Source: Myxococcota bacterium (GTDB taxonomy: Bacteria; Myxococcota_A; UBA9160; JAFDDA01). Taken from it: 64,000 nucleotides of DNA. The DNA lies in the NCBI GenBank assembly GCA_965228475.1, contig OZ245817.1, forward strand, positions 4,448,001 to 4,512,000. The letters are read 5' to 3'. Both the position numbers and the translations under genes were made by a program. The notes beneath the pieces are model-generated. The model ran no database searches and was not told the origin of the DNA. It saw only the letters and a list, made by a program, of their open reading frames with translations. How positions within the stretch are numbered: position 1 is the stretch's first letter; each line of letters opens with the position of its first letter. Positions 28,742 to 38,692 of the stretch are shown piece after piece.

Positions 28742-30139
28742 TTGTCCGATCGACCGAGTCCGGTGTCCGCAGTGCCCGAAGACGCCCGGCTGAGCTTCGC
28801 CCGCAAGACGGCGTACGGCTTCGGCGACTTCACGATCAACACCGTGCTCGCCTCGCTCTCGTTGGTCTACACGCTCTTCTTCCTCACGGAGTACGCGGAG
28901 CTCCGTCCGGCGCTGGCGGGGCTCGTCCCGCTGATCGGGCGCGTCGTCGACGCCTTCACCGACCCGCTCATGGGCCGCATCTCCGACCAGACGCGCTGGA
29001 AGGCCGGCCGCCGCCGCCCCTACTTCCTGCTCGGCTTCCTCCCCTTCGGCGTGTCCTTCGCCATGCTCTGGGCGCCGGCCCCCTTCGAAGACCAGTTCGC
29101 GCGCTTCCTCCACTACACCGGCTGGTACGTCCTGCTCTCGCTCTCGATGACGATGCTCGCCGTACCGTACCTCTCGCTCATCCCGGAGATGGCGCGGAGC
29201 TACGACGCCCGCACCTCCCTGAACGTCTTCCGCTCGATCGGTTCCATCTTCGGCACCTTCGCGGCCATCGCCGTGCGGCCCGTGGCGGAGGCGCTCGGCG
29301 GGGGTTCGCTCTCGGTCGAAGCCTTCACCTGGCTCGGCGTCGTGTACGGCGTGATGGTCGCCCTGCCCTGGCTCGTCGTCTGGTACGGAACCTGGGAGCG
29401 CCCCGACTACCAGCAGCGCGACGCGTCCCTCTCCTTCCGCGAGGGGCTCCAGGCGCTCGTCCGGCACAAGAGCTACATGCAGCTCGTCGGGCTCTACCTG
29501 ATGAGCCGCATCGCGATGGATCTGATCGGCGTGGTGCTGATCCTCTACTACACCCACGTGATCGGACGCAGCGGCGACTTCGAGATCACGATGGGCCTGT
29601 TCATCGTCGCGACCATGGTGGCGACGCCGGTCTGGTTCAAGGTCTCCCAGCGCATGGACAAAGCGACGGCCTTCCAGATCGGCGCGACCTGGTGGGCCCT
29701 CGGCACCCTCGGCTTCTGGTTCGCGACGCCGGAATGGCCGCGTTGGGTCCTGCTCGCCCTCGCCCCGGTGATCGGCTTCGGCTACGCAGCGGCGGATCTC
29801 ATGCCCTGGTCGATGGTCGCCGACGTCGTCGACGAGGACGATCTCGAGAACGGCGAGCGCCGCGAAGGGCTCTACAACGGCTTCTTCACGTTCCTGCGCA
29901 AGCTCGGCGGCGCCTCGGCGGCCTTCATCGCAGGTCTCGTGCTCGATCTCGCCGGCCTGCCGGCGGGGCGCGACGCCGTGGCCCCGGAATCCGCGCTCAC
30001 CGCCATCCGCCTGCTCGCCTCGGTCGGAACCGCCGCGCTGATCTTCGCCGGCGTGTGGATGGCGAGCGGCTACCCGCTGACGCGGGAGCGTCACGGGGAG
30101 ATCCTCGACGAGCTCGAAAGGCGAAACGCGAAGATCTGA
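28742..30139 (+). CDS. MFS glycoside-pentoside-hexuronide (MelB-like) transporter
   Basis: DAFTDPLMGRISD, GRRRPY, ADVVDED..GERREGLY; start may be 28772. Confidence 0.9.
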   Translation: MSDRPSPVSAVPEDARLSFARKTAYGFGDFTINTVLASLSLVYTLFFLTEYAELRPALAGLVPLIGRVVDAFTDPLMGRISDQTRWKAGRRRPYFLLGFLPFGVSFAMLWAPAPFEDQFARFLHYTGWYVLLSLSMTMLAVPYLSLIPEMARSYDARTSLNVFRSIGSIFGTFAAIAVRPVAEALGGGSLSVEAFTWLGVVYGVMVALPWLVVWYGTWERPDYQQRDASLSFREGLQALVRHKSYMQLVGLYLMSRIAMDLIGVVLILYYTHVIGRSGDFEITMGLFIVATMVATPVWFKVSQRMDKATAFQIGATWWALGTLGFWFATPEWPRWVLLALAPVIGFGYAAADLMPWSMVADVVDEDDLENGERREGLYNGFFTFLRKLGGASAAFIAGLVLDLAGLPAGRDAVAPESALTAIRLLASVGTAALIFAGVWMASGYPLTRERHGEILDELERRNAKI

Positions 30140-30169
30140 CCGCGGCGAAGGCCTAGCCGCCGCGAAGAG

Positions 30170-31792
30170 CTAGCTCTCGACCGGAAGCACCTCGAGGGTC
30201 CGGCTGCCGCGAACGACGCGGAAGCGCGCGAAGGTGTACGCCTCGGCGTTCTCGTCGAAGGTGTCGATGCCGCGGAACTCGCAGATCGTCTCCTCGGGCG
30301 TCACTTCGACGACGGCGTAGCCCTGCTCGACCATGTCCACGCCCTTCATGTAGGGGTCGTTGTTCAGCTTGAACAGGTCCTCGGCGATGCGAAGCGTCTC
30401 CTCGGGCGCGATCGTGCGCGGGTCCGGATCCGCGGTGAGCGAGCCGGTGACGAAGTCGACCGCGGCGGTCGGCGAGGCCGGATCGTCGAAGTCGGGCATC
30501 AGCTCGCAGGCGAGATAGAAGTGGGTGTGCCCGCTCGTGAAGACCACGTTCTCGACGCCGAGCGAGAGGAAGGCTTCCAGCAGCTCGCGGCGCTCGGCCT
30601 GGTAGTCGTCCCAGGCCTCGTTCGAGACGTAGGCGCCGGCGTTGCGGTGGGGCTGGGGATCCTCGCGGTTCGGGTCGTTGTCGGCATCGAGTACGCGCCA
30701 GGGATTCATGTTGTACGGATTCCCGACCAGCTGCCAGGCGGCGTCCGAAGCCGCCATCTCGGAGAGCAGCCAGGCCTTCTGCTCCGCACCGAGGGTCGTG
30801 CGGCCGGGCGCGAACATGTCCTCGACTCCGGGCAGCGTCGAGACCTGGGCGTCGAGGCCGAAGAGCACGCCGAGCTGGTTCGGCAGGACCTCGGGGTCCC
30901 GGAACATGCGCACGTCGATCATGTTGACGTCCGCGAGCCGGCCCCACTGGAAGCGGCGATGGGCGTGGTCGTTCGCGGGCTGGATCATCGGCATGTTCTC
31001 GAACCAGGCCCTGCGGCCCGCCGCAAGCCGCACGGGGTCGCCGGTCGAATCGACGCCGTTGTAGAACTCTCCGTCGTCCCACATGGCCACGAGCGGCACC
31101 TTCGCGTGCATCTCCTGCAGCAGCGGGTTGCTCTTGAAGAGCGCCCAGCGGTCGCGGTAGTCGTCGAGGGAGACCGTGGCGAAGTCGTTCACGTAGATGT
31201 AGTCGCCGAGATGCATCATGAAATCGACGTCGTCGTTCGCGATGGCCCGGTGCGCGACGTAGAAGCTCTCCGTCCGCTGCTGGCAGCTCGCGAAGGCGTA
31301 GCGCATGCGGTCGGGCTCGCTGTCGGGCAGGGGCGCCGTGCGGAGGCGCCCGACCGGGGAGGCCATGTCCCCGGCGAAGAAGCCGTAGTAGTACCAGCGG
31401 TCGGGCGCGAGGCCCGTCACCGCGTGGTGCACCGAGAACGCCTTGTGGGGGCCGGTGGTCGTGACCCCGCCGGTCACGATCCGCTGGAGCGCCTCGTCCT
31501 CGGCTACGACCCACAGGACGTTGTTCCCGTCGTAGACGGGCGGCGGGACCGCGCGCGTCCAGATGACCGCGCCGTCCGGCGCAGGGTCGCCGCTCGCGAC
31601 CCCCTCGCGAAAGATCGTCTCGAAGGTGCGGCAGCCGGACAGTCCACCCGTGAATGCGGGAGCGAGGCCGATGCCGATCCCGAGGGCGCCGAGCTGGCGG
31701 AGGAAATCCCGCCGCGAGACGCCGCCGCGCGCGACGGCGGTCTGGACGTCGAGGTAGCGGTCGATCCAACGGACTCGGGGACGGTCGCTCAT
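30170..31792 (-). CDS. phoD: Alkaline phosphatase D family, Tat-exported
   Basis: SRRDFL Tat motif; GVASGDP, FASCQ, HLGDYIY, WDDGE. Confidence 0.88.
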   Translation of the reverse strand: MSDRPRVRWIDRYLDVQTAVARGGVSRRDFLRQLGALGIGIGLAPAFTGGLSGCRTFETIFREGVASGDPAPDGAVIWTRAVPPPVYDGNNVLWVVAEDEALQRIVTGGVTTTGPHKAFSVHHAVTGLAPDRWYYYGFFAGDMASPVGRLRTAPLPDSEPDRMRYAFASCQQRTESFYVAHRAIANDDVDFMMHLGDYIYVNDFATVSLDDYRDRWALFKSNPLLQEMHAKVPLVAMWDDGEFYNGVDSTGDPVRLAAGRRAWFENMPMIQPANDHAHRRFQWGRLADVNMIDVRMFRDPEVLPNQLGVLFGLDAQVSTLPGVEDMFAPGRTTLGAEQKAWLLSEMAASDAAWQLVGNPYNMNPWRVLDADNDPNREDPQPHRNAGAYVSNEAWDDYQAERRELLEAFLSLGVENVVFTSGHTHFYLACELMPDFDDPASPTAAVDFVTGSLTADPDPRTIAPEETLRIAEDLFKLNNDPYMKGVDMVEQGYAVVEVTPEETICEFRGIDTFDENAEAYTFARFRVVRGSRTLEVLPVES

Positions 31793-31917
31793 GAAGACTC
31801 CTCGGAAGGAGTCACTCTACCACCGCGGCCGCCGAGGGCGTGCGACGGTCGAGATGATGATTTACTGAACTGAACCTCATGAGCGGCAGGAGATGCGCAT
31901 CGCGCCAGCGTGAAAGG

Positions 31918-33315
31918 CTAGATCAGTTCCGCACCGCGCAGCGTGTCGTCGATCAGGCGCTCGACGGCCGGGTCCAGCAGGAACGTCATGTGCGAACCGT
32001 GGTACCAGCGGATGGCCGGCTGGCCCCAGTGCTCCCACAGGTCGTGGACCTGATCGGGCGGCACGAGCCGGTCCGCCGTCCCGCCGAAGATGGCCCGGTG
32101 CTCGTGGGGCACCCGACATTCGAGATCGAGCGGCGACACCACGCGCAGGACATCGTTCACGTGCTCCTGGAAGAGGCCCCCGTGCTCGATGGAGAGCAGC
32201 TCGAGCGGCGCACCGTGGCGCCACATGAGACGCGAGAGGTCGGTCGCGGGAATTCCCGCGATCACGCAGGCGAGGTCGGCGTCGAGGGTCGAGAGCAGCG
32301 AGGCGTTGTAGCCGCCGAGCGAGAGCCCGAGCGTGCCGATGCGCGTCGCGCCCTCGGCGCGCAGCCAGGAGAGCATCCGGCGGATGTCCCACATCGCCTG
32401 GGCCTCGGCGTGGACGCCGTTGAACACGTCGCCGTCGAGGTAGCCGTCGCCGCTGCGGCGGCCGATCTTGCGCGGCCCGTGGATCGGGAGCACGGGCATC
32501 AGCACGTTCAGATCGTGCTTCTGCCAGATGCGCCGGAAGGCGCCGATGTCGGTGAACGGCCAGCCCATCTGATAGCCGTGCACGCAGACGAGCCAGGGTT
32601 TCTCCGGCGAACTCGCCCGCAGGATGCGGCCGTAGGCCGTGCGGTTCGGCGCGTAGCCGAGCCAGCGCTCGCGGCCGGGCTCGCCTTCCACCGGCTCGTA
32701 CCCGCTCTCGAAGCGGAGCTCCTCGAAATCGACGCCGATGGCGCGGCGCTGCCGGAGCGAAACGTCTTCGAGCGGCGGCGGCGTCCGGTGGTAGTCGATC
32801 GGCTTCTCGAGCCAGCCCTGGCTCTCGAAGAACTCGCTGCCCTCTTCGATCTCGGCCTGGATTCGTTCGCGCTCGAGCCCCCAGGGCGAACTGCGCGAGA
32901 GGTTCATCGTCGAGAGCAGGACCTCGTCGACGGCGACCTGCGCCGCGACGCTCAGGGTGAGCGGCGGCGGCGGCACGCCGGGGAGATGCGGTTCCTGGCG
33001 AATGGCGGCGATGCCCGCCGCGATGAAGGAGGCGGCCGAGAAGCTCGCGAGCACGGCGCCGATCCCGACGCCCACGGTGAAGAACGTCGGCAGCGCGAAC
33101 AGCGTCCCGACCGCGGCGCCGAGGCCTGCGAACTGGGTGATGCGGTCGTCACCCGGCCAGAGCAGGAGCGAAACCCCGGACCCGAGCAGCAGCACACCGG
33201 GGACGAGGGCGAGCACGAAGCCGACGACGCCGAAGCTTCCGGCGCACCACAGCCAGGCGAGGCCCGCCAGGGCGGGGATGATGGCCTCGCGGGGCCAGCG
33301 CGGCTGCTCGTACAT
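31918..33315 (-). CDS. Membrane-anchored alpha/beta hydrolase
   Basis: N-terminal TM helices; VHGYQMG, GLSLGG, DRLVPP, WYHGSH. Confidence 0.8.
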   Translation of the reverse strand: MYEQPRWPREAIIPALAGLAWLWCAGSFGVVGFVLALVPGVLLLGSGVSLLLWPGDDRITQFAGLGAAVGTLFALPTFFTVGVGIGAVLASFSAASFIAAGIAAIRQEPHLPGVPPPPLTLSVAAQVAVDEVLLSTMNLSRSSPWGLERERIQAEIEEGSEFFESQGWLEKPIDYHRTPPPLEDVSLRQRRAIGVDFEELRFESGYEPVEGEPGRERWLGYAPNRTAYGRILRASSPEKPWLVCVHGYQMGWPFTDIGAFRRIWQKHDLNVLMPVLPIHGPRKIGRRSGDGYLDGDVFNGVHAEAQAMWDIRRMLSWLRAEGATRIGTLGLSLGGYNASLLSTLDADLACVIAGIPATDLSRLMWRHGAPLELLSIEHGGLFQEHVNDVLRVVSPLDLECRVPHEHRAIFGGTADRLVPPDQVHDLWEHWGQPAIRWYHGSHMTFLLDPAVERLIDDTLRGAELI

Positions 33316-33371
33316 GAAGACTCCCTTCCCTCGACCCGGACGTTACCTTCCCGGGCCGGGAGGTGGCAAAG

Positions 33372-34763
33372 ATGGGGTCGAGCAGGGGGAACGCAAGGTC
33401 GGGAAGCACGCAGGTCTCGCGCAGCCGCGCGTGGAAGACCCTCGGGGCCCTACTGGCGGCGGCGACCCTCACGGCCTGCGGCGGCGATGCGGAGGAGCCC
33501 GCCGCGGAGCCCGCACCCGAGCGCGCGGCAGCGAGCCCCCTCGCGGCGGCGATCGACGATGCGGCCGCGCGCCACGAACCCGAGGTGGTCGCCTGGCGGC
33601 GGGACATCCACGAGCACCCGGAGCTCTCCAACCGCGAGTTCCGCACCGCGGAGCTCGTCGCGAAGGAGCTCGAACAGTTCGGCCTCGAGGTCCGGCGCAA
33701 CGTCGCGCACACCGGCGTCGTCGCCCTGCTCGAGGGGGGACGGGAAGGCCCGATCGTCGCGCTCCGGGCGGACATGGACGCCCTGCCCGTCACCGAGGAA
33801 ACGCGGCTCCCCTTCGCCTCGCGGGTGCGCACCGAGTACGAGGGGCGCGACGTCGGCGTCATGCACGCCTGCGGCCACGACGCCCACACCGCCATCCTGC
33901 TCGGCGTCGCCAAGACCCTCTCCGAGATGCGGGACGAGCTCCCGGGCTCGGTGATGTTCATCTTCCAGCCCGCCGAGGAAGGCGCGCCCAAGGGCGAGGA
34001 GGGCGGCGCCAAGCTCATGCTGGCCGACGGCGTCTTCGCCCAGTGGCAGCCAGGAGCCATCTTCGGCCTGCACGTCGTCCCCCAGCACGAGGCCGGCGAG
34101 ATCGCCTGGCGCTCCCGCGGCGCCATGGCCAGCTCGGACCGGCTCCGCATCGAGATCCACGGCCAGCAGACCCACGCGGCCTACCCGTGGCTCGGGGTGG
34201 ACCCGATCACGGTCGCCGCGCGCACGGTCCTCGCGCTCCAGGCCCTGCCCGCGCGCAGCGTCGACGCCCGGATCCCCTCGGTCGTCTCGATCGGCCAGAT
34301 CCAGGGGGGCGTGCGCAACAACATCATTCCCGACCGGGTCGAGCTGGTCGGAACGATCCGCTCCCTCGACCCGCTCCTGCGCGAGAACCTGCACGAGCAG
34401 GTCCGCAAGACCGCCGTCGGGACCGCCGAGGCCGCGGGCGCCCGCGCCGAGGTCACCATCGACCGGGGCTATCCGGTGACCTTCAACGACCCGGAGCTCG
34501 TGCGCGCCTCGCTCCCGACACTCGAACGCGTCGCCCCGGGCCGGGTCGTCGAGACGCTACCCCGCACGGGCGCAGAGGATTTCTCCTACTTCGCCCGCGA
34601 GGTCCCGGGCTTCTACTTCTGGCTCGGCATCCGAGCGCCCGGAACCCGCCCCGAGGACGCCGCGCCCAACCACTCGCCGCTCTTCCGGATCGACGAGTCC
34701 GCCCTGGTCCTCGGCGTGCGCGCCCTCTCGAACCTCGCGGTGGACTGGCTCGCGGCGAACTGA
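33372..34763 (+). CDS. M20D amidohydrolase, probable lipoprotein
   Basis: LTAC lipobox; RADMDALP, HACGHDAH, FQPAEEG, GAEDFS, PNHSP; start uncertain. Confidence 0.9.
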   Translation: MGSSRGNARSGSTQVSRSRAWKTLGALLAAATLTACGGDAEEPAAEPAPERAAASPLAAAIDDAAARHEPEVVAWRRDIHEHPELSNREFRTAELVAKELEQFGLEVRRNVAHTGVVALLEGGREGPIVALRADMDALPVTEETRLPFASRVRTEYEGRDVGVMHACGHDAHTAILLGVAKTLSEMRDELPGSVMFIFQPAEEGAPKGEEGGAKLMLADGVFAQWQPGAIFGLHVVPQHEAGEIAWRSRGAMASSDRLRIEIHGQQTHAAYPWLGVDPITVAARTVLALQALPARSVDARIPSVVSIGQIQGGVRNNIIPDRVELVGTIRSLDPLLRENLHEQVRKTAVGTAEAAGARAEVTIDRGYPVTFNDPELVRASLPTLERVAPGRVVETLPRTGAEDFSYFAREVPGFYFWLGIRAPGTRPEDAAPNHSPLFRIDESALVLGVRALSNLAVDWLAAN

Positions 34764-34872
34764 GGCCCGCCCGGGCCTCCGGGGGCCCGGGCCAGACGCT
34801 CCGCGGTGCCCCTCCCCGCTCCTCGCGCTCTGCGGTGGACTGGGCGGTGGCGAATTGAGACAATCGCCCGCG

Positions 34873-37260
34873 ATGGCCGATGCCCTACCGCCGCCCGTGG
34901 CTCCGCGGGTCGAACCGCCGCGTTGGCCGAACAGCCTCTCGGGACGCTTCGTCTTCCTGATCGATGCGGCGAGCGCCTTCGAGCGGAGCCTGCTCGAAGA
35001 GTGGGTCGCAGAGCACCGCCCGGAAGAGGTCTCCGACGCCGACATCGATTGCATCGCGATGCAATCCTCCCGGCGCGGCGGAAGGCGCAAACCCGACGCG
35101 GCCCTCGAGGCACGCCTCGCGGTGGGCGACGACCCGCTGCTGGTTCCGCTGCGCGTCTGCTGGCTCCCGCGCAAGAAGCCGGACGGCCGGCGCTCGGTCC
35201 GCTTCCGCGACCTCCTGTTCGGCGACCCGCGCGACCCGGGCCGGCTGCGCCAGCGCTTCATCCGTTCCCGCGAGCCGGACCGCTGCCGTCTCGTCGCGGG
35301 CGACCCGGCCCCCGCCTCCGAACTTCGCGAGCGCTGGCGCACCGCCTGCGGCTTCGCCGGCGCGGAGACGTTGAGCCTTCCCGAGTACGTGGCGCGCCAG
35401 GCCACCCTCGCCCTCGAGCGCGCCGAGCGGCGCCTGCGCGGCACGCGCTACAAGGTCCCGCGCTTCGTCCACGAAGGCATCCTCTCCCGGCCCGCGTTCC
35501 GCGGCGGCATCGAGCGCATCGCACGGGAGAGCGGGAAGGATGCAAGCCAGCTCGCGAAGACGGCGGCGCGCTACCTGCGCGAGATCGCCGCGACGCACAG
35601 CCCCTTCGTGATCGACCTCGCCTCGAACTTCATCCACTGGCTCTACACGCGCGGCTATTCCGAAACGATCGACTACGACCGCGAGCAGCTCGAGGGCATC
35701 TACGCCCTCGCCCAGCGCCACCCGGTCGTCTTCCTGCCGACGCACAAGTCGAACCTCGACCACCTCTCGCTGCAGTACGTGCTGCACCAGAACGGCCATC
35801 CGCCGAACCACACCGCCGGCGGCATCAACATGAACTTCTTCCCGCTCGGCATGCTCTGGCGCCGCAGCGGTGTCTTCTTCATCCGCCGGAGCTTCAAGGA
35901 CAACGAGCCCTACAAGTTCGTCCTGCGCCAGTACATCGACTACCTCGTCGAGAAGCGCTTCCCCCTCGAGTGGTACATCGAAGGCGGCCGCTCGCGCTCC
36001 GGGAAGCTCCTCCCGCCCCGCTACGGGATGCTCGCCTACGTGGTCGATTCCTACCGGCGCGCCAAGGCCGAGGACGTGATCCTGCTGCCGGTCTCCATCG
36101 CCTACGACCAGATCCAGGACGTCGGCAGCTACGCCGCGGAGCAGAGCGGCGGAGCGAAGCAGGCGGAAGGCTTGGGTTGGTTCCTCGGGGTGGTGCGCTC
36201 GCTCGGCCGGCCCCTCGGAAAGATCCACATGCGCTTCGGCGAGCCCCTCTCCCTGGCGAGCGTGCTCGGCCCCCCCGACCCGGAGGCCGAGCCGCGCGCG
36301 GACGAAGTGAGCCTCGCCATCCAGAAGATCGCCTTCGAAGTGTCGGCGCGAATCAACCGGGCGACGCCGATCACCGCGACGTCGCTCGTCTCGATGGTGC
36401 TGCTCGGACGCGGGGACCGCGCGATGAGCGCCGACCAGATCTTCGACGTCCTCGCACCGCGCCTCGAGTACCTGCGCAAGCGCAAGCTGCCGACCACCGG
36501 GGACCTCGAGCTCGACACGCCGGCCGGCGTACGCCGTGCTCTCGACGCGCTGGCAGGAAACAAGGTGCTCACCTGCTACGACCAGGGCCCGGAGCCCGTC
36601 TACGGCATCGAGGCGAACCAGCACCTCACCGCCGCGTACTACCGCAACACCATCGTCCACTTCTTCGTGAACGCCTCGATCTGCGAGCTGGCCCTGCTGC
36701 GCGCAGCCGAGCCCGAGGCCGGAGAGCCTCTGGAGGCGTTCTGGAAGGAGGCCATGGCCCTGCGCGACCTGCTGAAGTTCGAGTTCTTCTTCGCGGAGAA
36801 GGATTTCTTCCGCCAGGAGATCCGGGAGGAACTCTCGCTCCAGGCGGTCGATTGGGAGGACCGCATCCGCGAGGGCCCGGACTCGATCCTGCGCATGGTG
36901 ACGAACTGGAGCCCCTTCAGCTCCCACCGCACCGTGCGGCCGTTCATCGAGGCGTACCGGGTCGTGAGCGACGAGCTCGAGGGCGCCGACGGCCCGATCG
37001 ACGAGGCCAAGTTCCTGGCCGCGTGCCTGACGCGCGGACGCCAGTACCGTCTCCAGCGCCGCATCCGCAGCGAGGAGTCCGTTTCGAAGGTGCTCTTCCA
37101 GACGGCGCTGAAGCTCGCCGGCAACCGGGGGCTCCTCGACCCCGAGGCCGAGGACCTCGCCGAGGACCGGCAGGAATTCGCCGAGGAAGTCCGCAGCGTC
37201 GCCCGCCGCGTCGAGGGCATCGACGCCCTGGCCGCGAGCCGCAGCGCCGGGATCTGGTAG
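34873..37260 (+). CDS. plsB: Glycerol-3-phosphate 1-O-acyltransferase
   Basis: THKSNLD, FFIRRSF, YIEGGRSRSGKLL, YYRN. Confidence 0.88.
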   Translation: MADALPPPVAPRVEPPRWPNSLSGRFVFLIDAASAFERSLLEEWVAEHRPEEVSDADIDCIAMQSSRRGGRRKPDAALEARLAVGDDPLLVPLRVCWLPRKKPDGRRSVRFRDLLFGDPRDPGRLRQRFIRSREPDRCRLVAGDPAPASELRERWRTACGFAGAETLSLPEYVARQATLALERAERRLRGTRYKVPRFVHEGILSRPAFRGGIERIARESGKDASQLAKTAARYLREIAATHSPFVIDLASNFIHWLYTRGYSETIDYDREQLEGIYALAQRHPVVFLPTHKSNLDHLSLQYVLHQNGHPPNHTAGGINMNFFPLGMLWRRSGVFFIRRSFKDNEPYKFVLRQYIDYLVEKRFPLEWYIEGGRSRSGKLLPPRYGMLAYVVDSYRRAKAEDVILLPVSIAYDQIQDVGSYAAEQSGGAKQAEGLGWFLGVVRSLGRPLGKIHMRFGEPLSLASVLGPPDPEAEPRADEVSLAIQKIAFEVSARINRATPITATSLVSMVLLGRGDRAMSADQIFDVLAPRLEYLRKRKLPTTGDLELDTPAGVRRALDALAGNKVLTCYDQGPEPVYGIEANQHLTAAYYRNTIVHFFVNASICELALLRAAEPEAGEPLEAFWKEAMALRDLLKFEFFFAEKDFFRQEIREELSLQAVDWEDRIREGPDSILRMVTNWSPFSSHRTVRPFIEAYRVVSDELEGADGPIDEAKFLAACLTRGRQYRLQRRIRSEESVSKVLFQTALKLAGNRGLLDPEAEDLAEDRQEFAEEVRSVARRVEGIDALAASRSAGIW

Positions 37261-37270
37261 TCGGCCGCGC

Positions 37271-37702
37271 CTAGCCGGCGGAGATCCGCCCGTCACGGAC
37301 CCGGGGGTCCGGAACCTCGCAGTGCTCGCCGCAGACCTCACCGCGGCCCGTGATGCGGAGTCGGTTGCGCGCGAAGAACCGGTACATCGCGTCGAACACG
37401 GGCCGCAGCAGCGGCCAACCGGTCGGCGCCACCAGCCAGCCGAGACCGACCGCGGCGTAGACCCGCCGGAACACCTCGACCCCTTCGACGAGCTCGCCGC
37501 TCGGCAGCACGCCGTGGATCCGCGCCATCAGCTCGCCGTGGGTGCGCCCGTAGCGGGCGGCGTCGAACCCCTCGGCGGCGATGTCCTCGAATCCCGCCCG
37601 AAGGCCTTCGGGATCGCGACGCCGCAGCATCTCGATCTCACGCACGCACAGGGGGCAATCTCCGTCGTAGAGTACCGTGATTTCAGGGCTTTTCGGGTTC
37701 AT
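37271..37702 (-). CDS. DCC1-like (DUF393) thiol-disulfide oxidoreductase family
   Basis: YDGDCPLC, YRFFARNR. Confidence 0.9.
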   Translation of the reverse strand: MNPKSPEITVLYDGDCPLCVREIEMLRRRDPEGLRAGFEDIAAEGFDAARYGRTHGELMARIHGVLPSGELVEGVEVFRRVYAAVGLGWLVAPTGWPLLRPVFDAMYRFFARNRLRITGRGEVCGEHCEVPDPRVRDGRISAG

Positions 37703-37747
37703 GGCTTCTCCGGGCAAGGCGTCGTGTCCAAGGGGAGGATCCCTCGA

Positions 37748-37801
37748 TGAACAACTTTTGTCAAACTTTTATTTGACAAAACTTAGACACTGGCCGATGA
37801 T
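37748..37801. promoter_or_regulatory. Divergent promoter/operator region of the CarH-like regulator
   Basis: AT-rich inverted repeat TTTTGTCAAA-N6-TTTGACAAAA with TTGACA on both strands; TTGACA and TAGACA 11 bp apart. Confidence 0.7.
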
Positions 37802-37807
37802 CTCCCC

Positions 37808-38692
37808 ATGTCGGAGATCGAAGGACGCTATTCCGCCGCCGCCGCCAGCCGCCTCACCGGCGTCTCCGCGCACTGCCTGCGCGCCTGGGAGCGCCGCTAC
37901 GGGGCCGTCCGGCCGGTGCGCACGCCGGGCGGCGCCCGGCGCTACTCCGAGCGCGAGGTCCAGCGCCTCCGGCTGCTCCGCCGGGTCGTCTCGGTCGGCC
38001 ACCCCATCAGCGAAGTCGCGGGCCTCGATGACGGCGCCCTCAGCGCACGCCTCGCCGGAACCGAGACCGAGACCCCGCCGGCGGACCTCCGCATCGAAGA
38101 GATGATCGAGGCCGCGCGGGCCCTCGACGTGGACCGGATCGACAGCCACCTGGCGCGCCAGCTCGCAGCGCTCGGCGTGCGCGAGTTCACCCGCGAGGTC
38201 GCCCTCCCCCTGCTCCGCCGCGTAGGGGAGGAGTGGGAAGCCGGACGTTTGGCGCCGACGGGCGAGCACGCCATCAGCGCGACCCTCCGCAGCCTGCTCG
38301 GAGACACGCTCCGGCGCGAAACCTCCCACGCCGAGGGCCCGCGGCTCCTGTTCTCGACGCCCGCGGGCGAGCACCACGAGCTCGGCAGTTTGATCGCGGC
38401 CGCCTACTCCCTCGGCTTCGGCGCACGCGCCGTCTTCCTCGGCGCGAACCTGCCCGCCGAGGAGCTCGCCGCCGCCGCCATCCGCACGGGTGCGAGTGCC
38501 ATCGCCATCGGCCTGGCCGGCCTCGACGCGGAGTCGGCGCGCCGGGAGGCCGAGACCCTTCGACGACTGCTTCCCACGGAGGTCGCCCTGTGGGCCGGCG
38601 GCCCGGGGGCCGAGGCCCTCCGCGACCTCCCTGGAATCCGAATCATCTCGCGCCTGGAGGAAATCGAGAGCCATGTCCGTAGCATCCACTGA
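37808..38692 (+). CDS. carH: MerR-family B12-binding photoreceptor/repressor (CarH/LitR-like)
   Basis: [19 protein letters not shown]erR HTH; W-x9-EH ([12 protein letters not shown]); ExHxxG (EHHELG); VFLGANLP. Confidence 0.8.
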   Translation: MSEIEGRYSAAAASRLTGVSAHCLRAWERRYGAVRPVRTPGGARRYSEREVQRLRLLRRVVSVGHPISEVAGLDDGALSARLAGTETETPPADLRIEEMIEAARALDVDRIDSHLARQLAALGVREFTREVALPLLRRVGEEWEAGRLAPTGEHAISATLRSLLGDTLRRETSHAEGPRLLFSTPAGEHHELGSLIAAAYSLGFGARAVFLGANLPAEELAAAAIRTGASAIAIGLAGLDAESARREAETLRRLLPTEVALWAGGPGAEALRDLPGIRIISRLEEIESHVRSIH

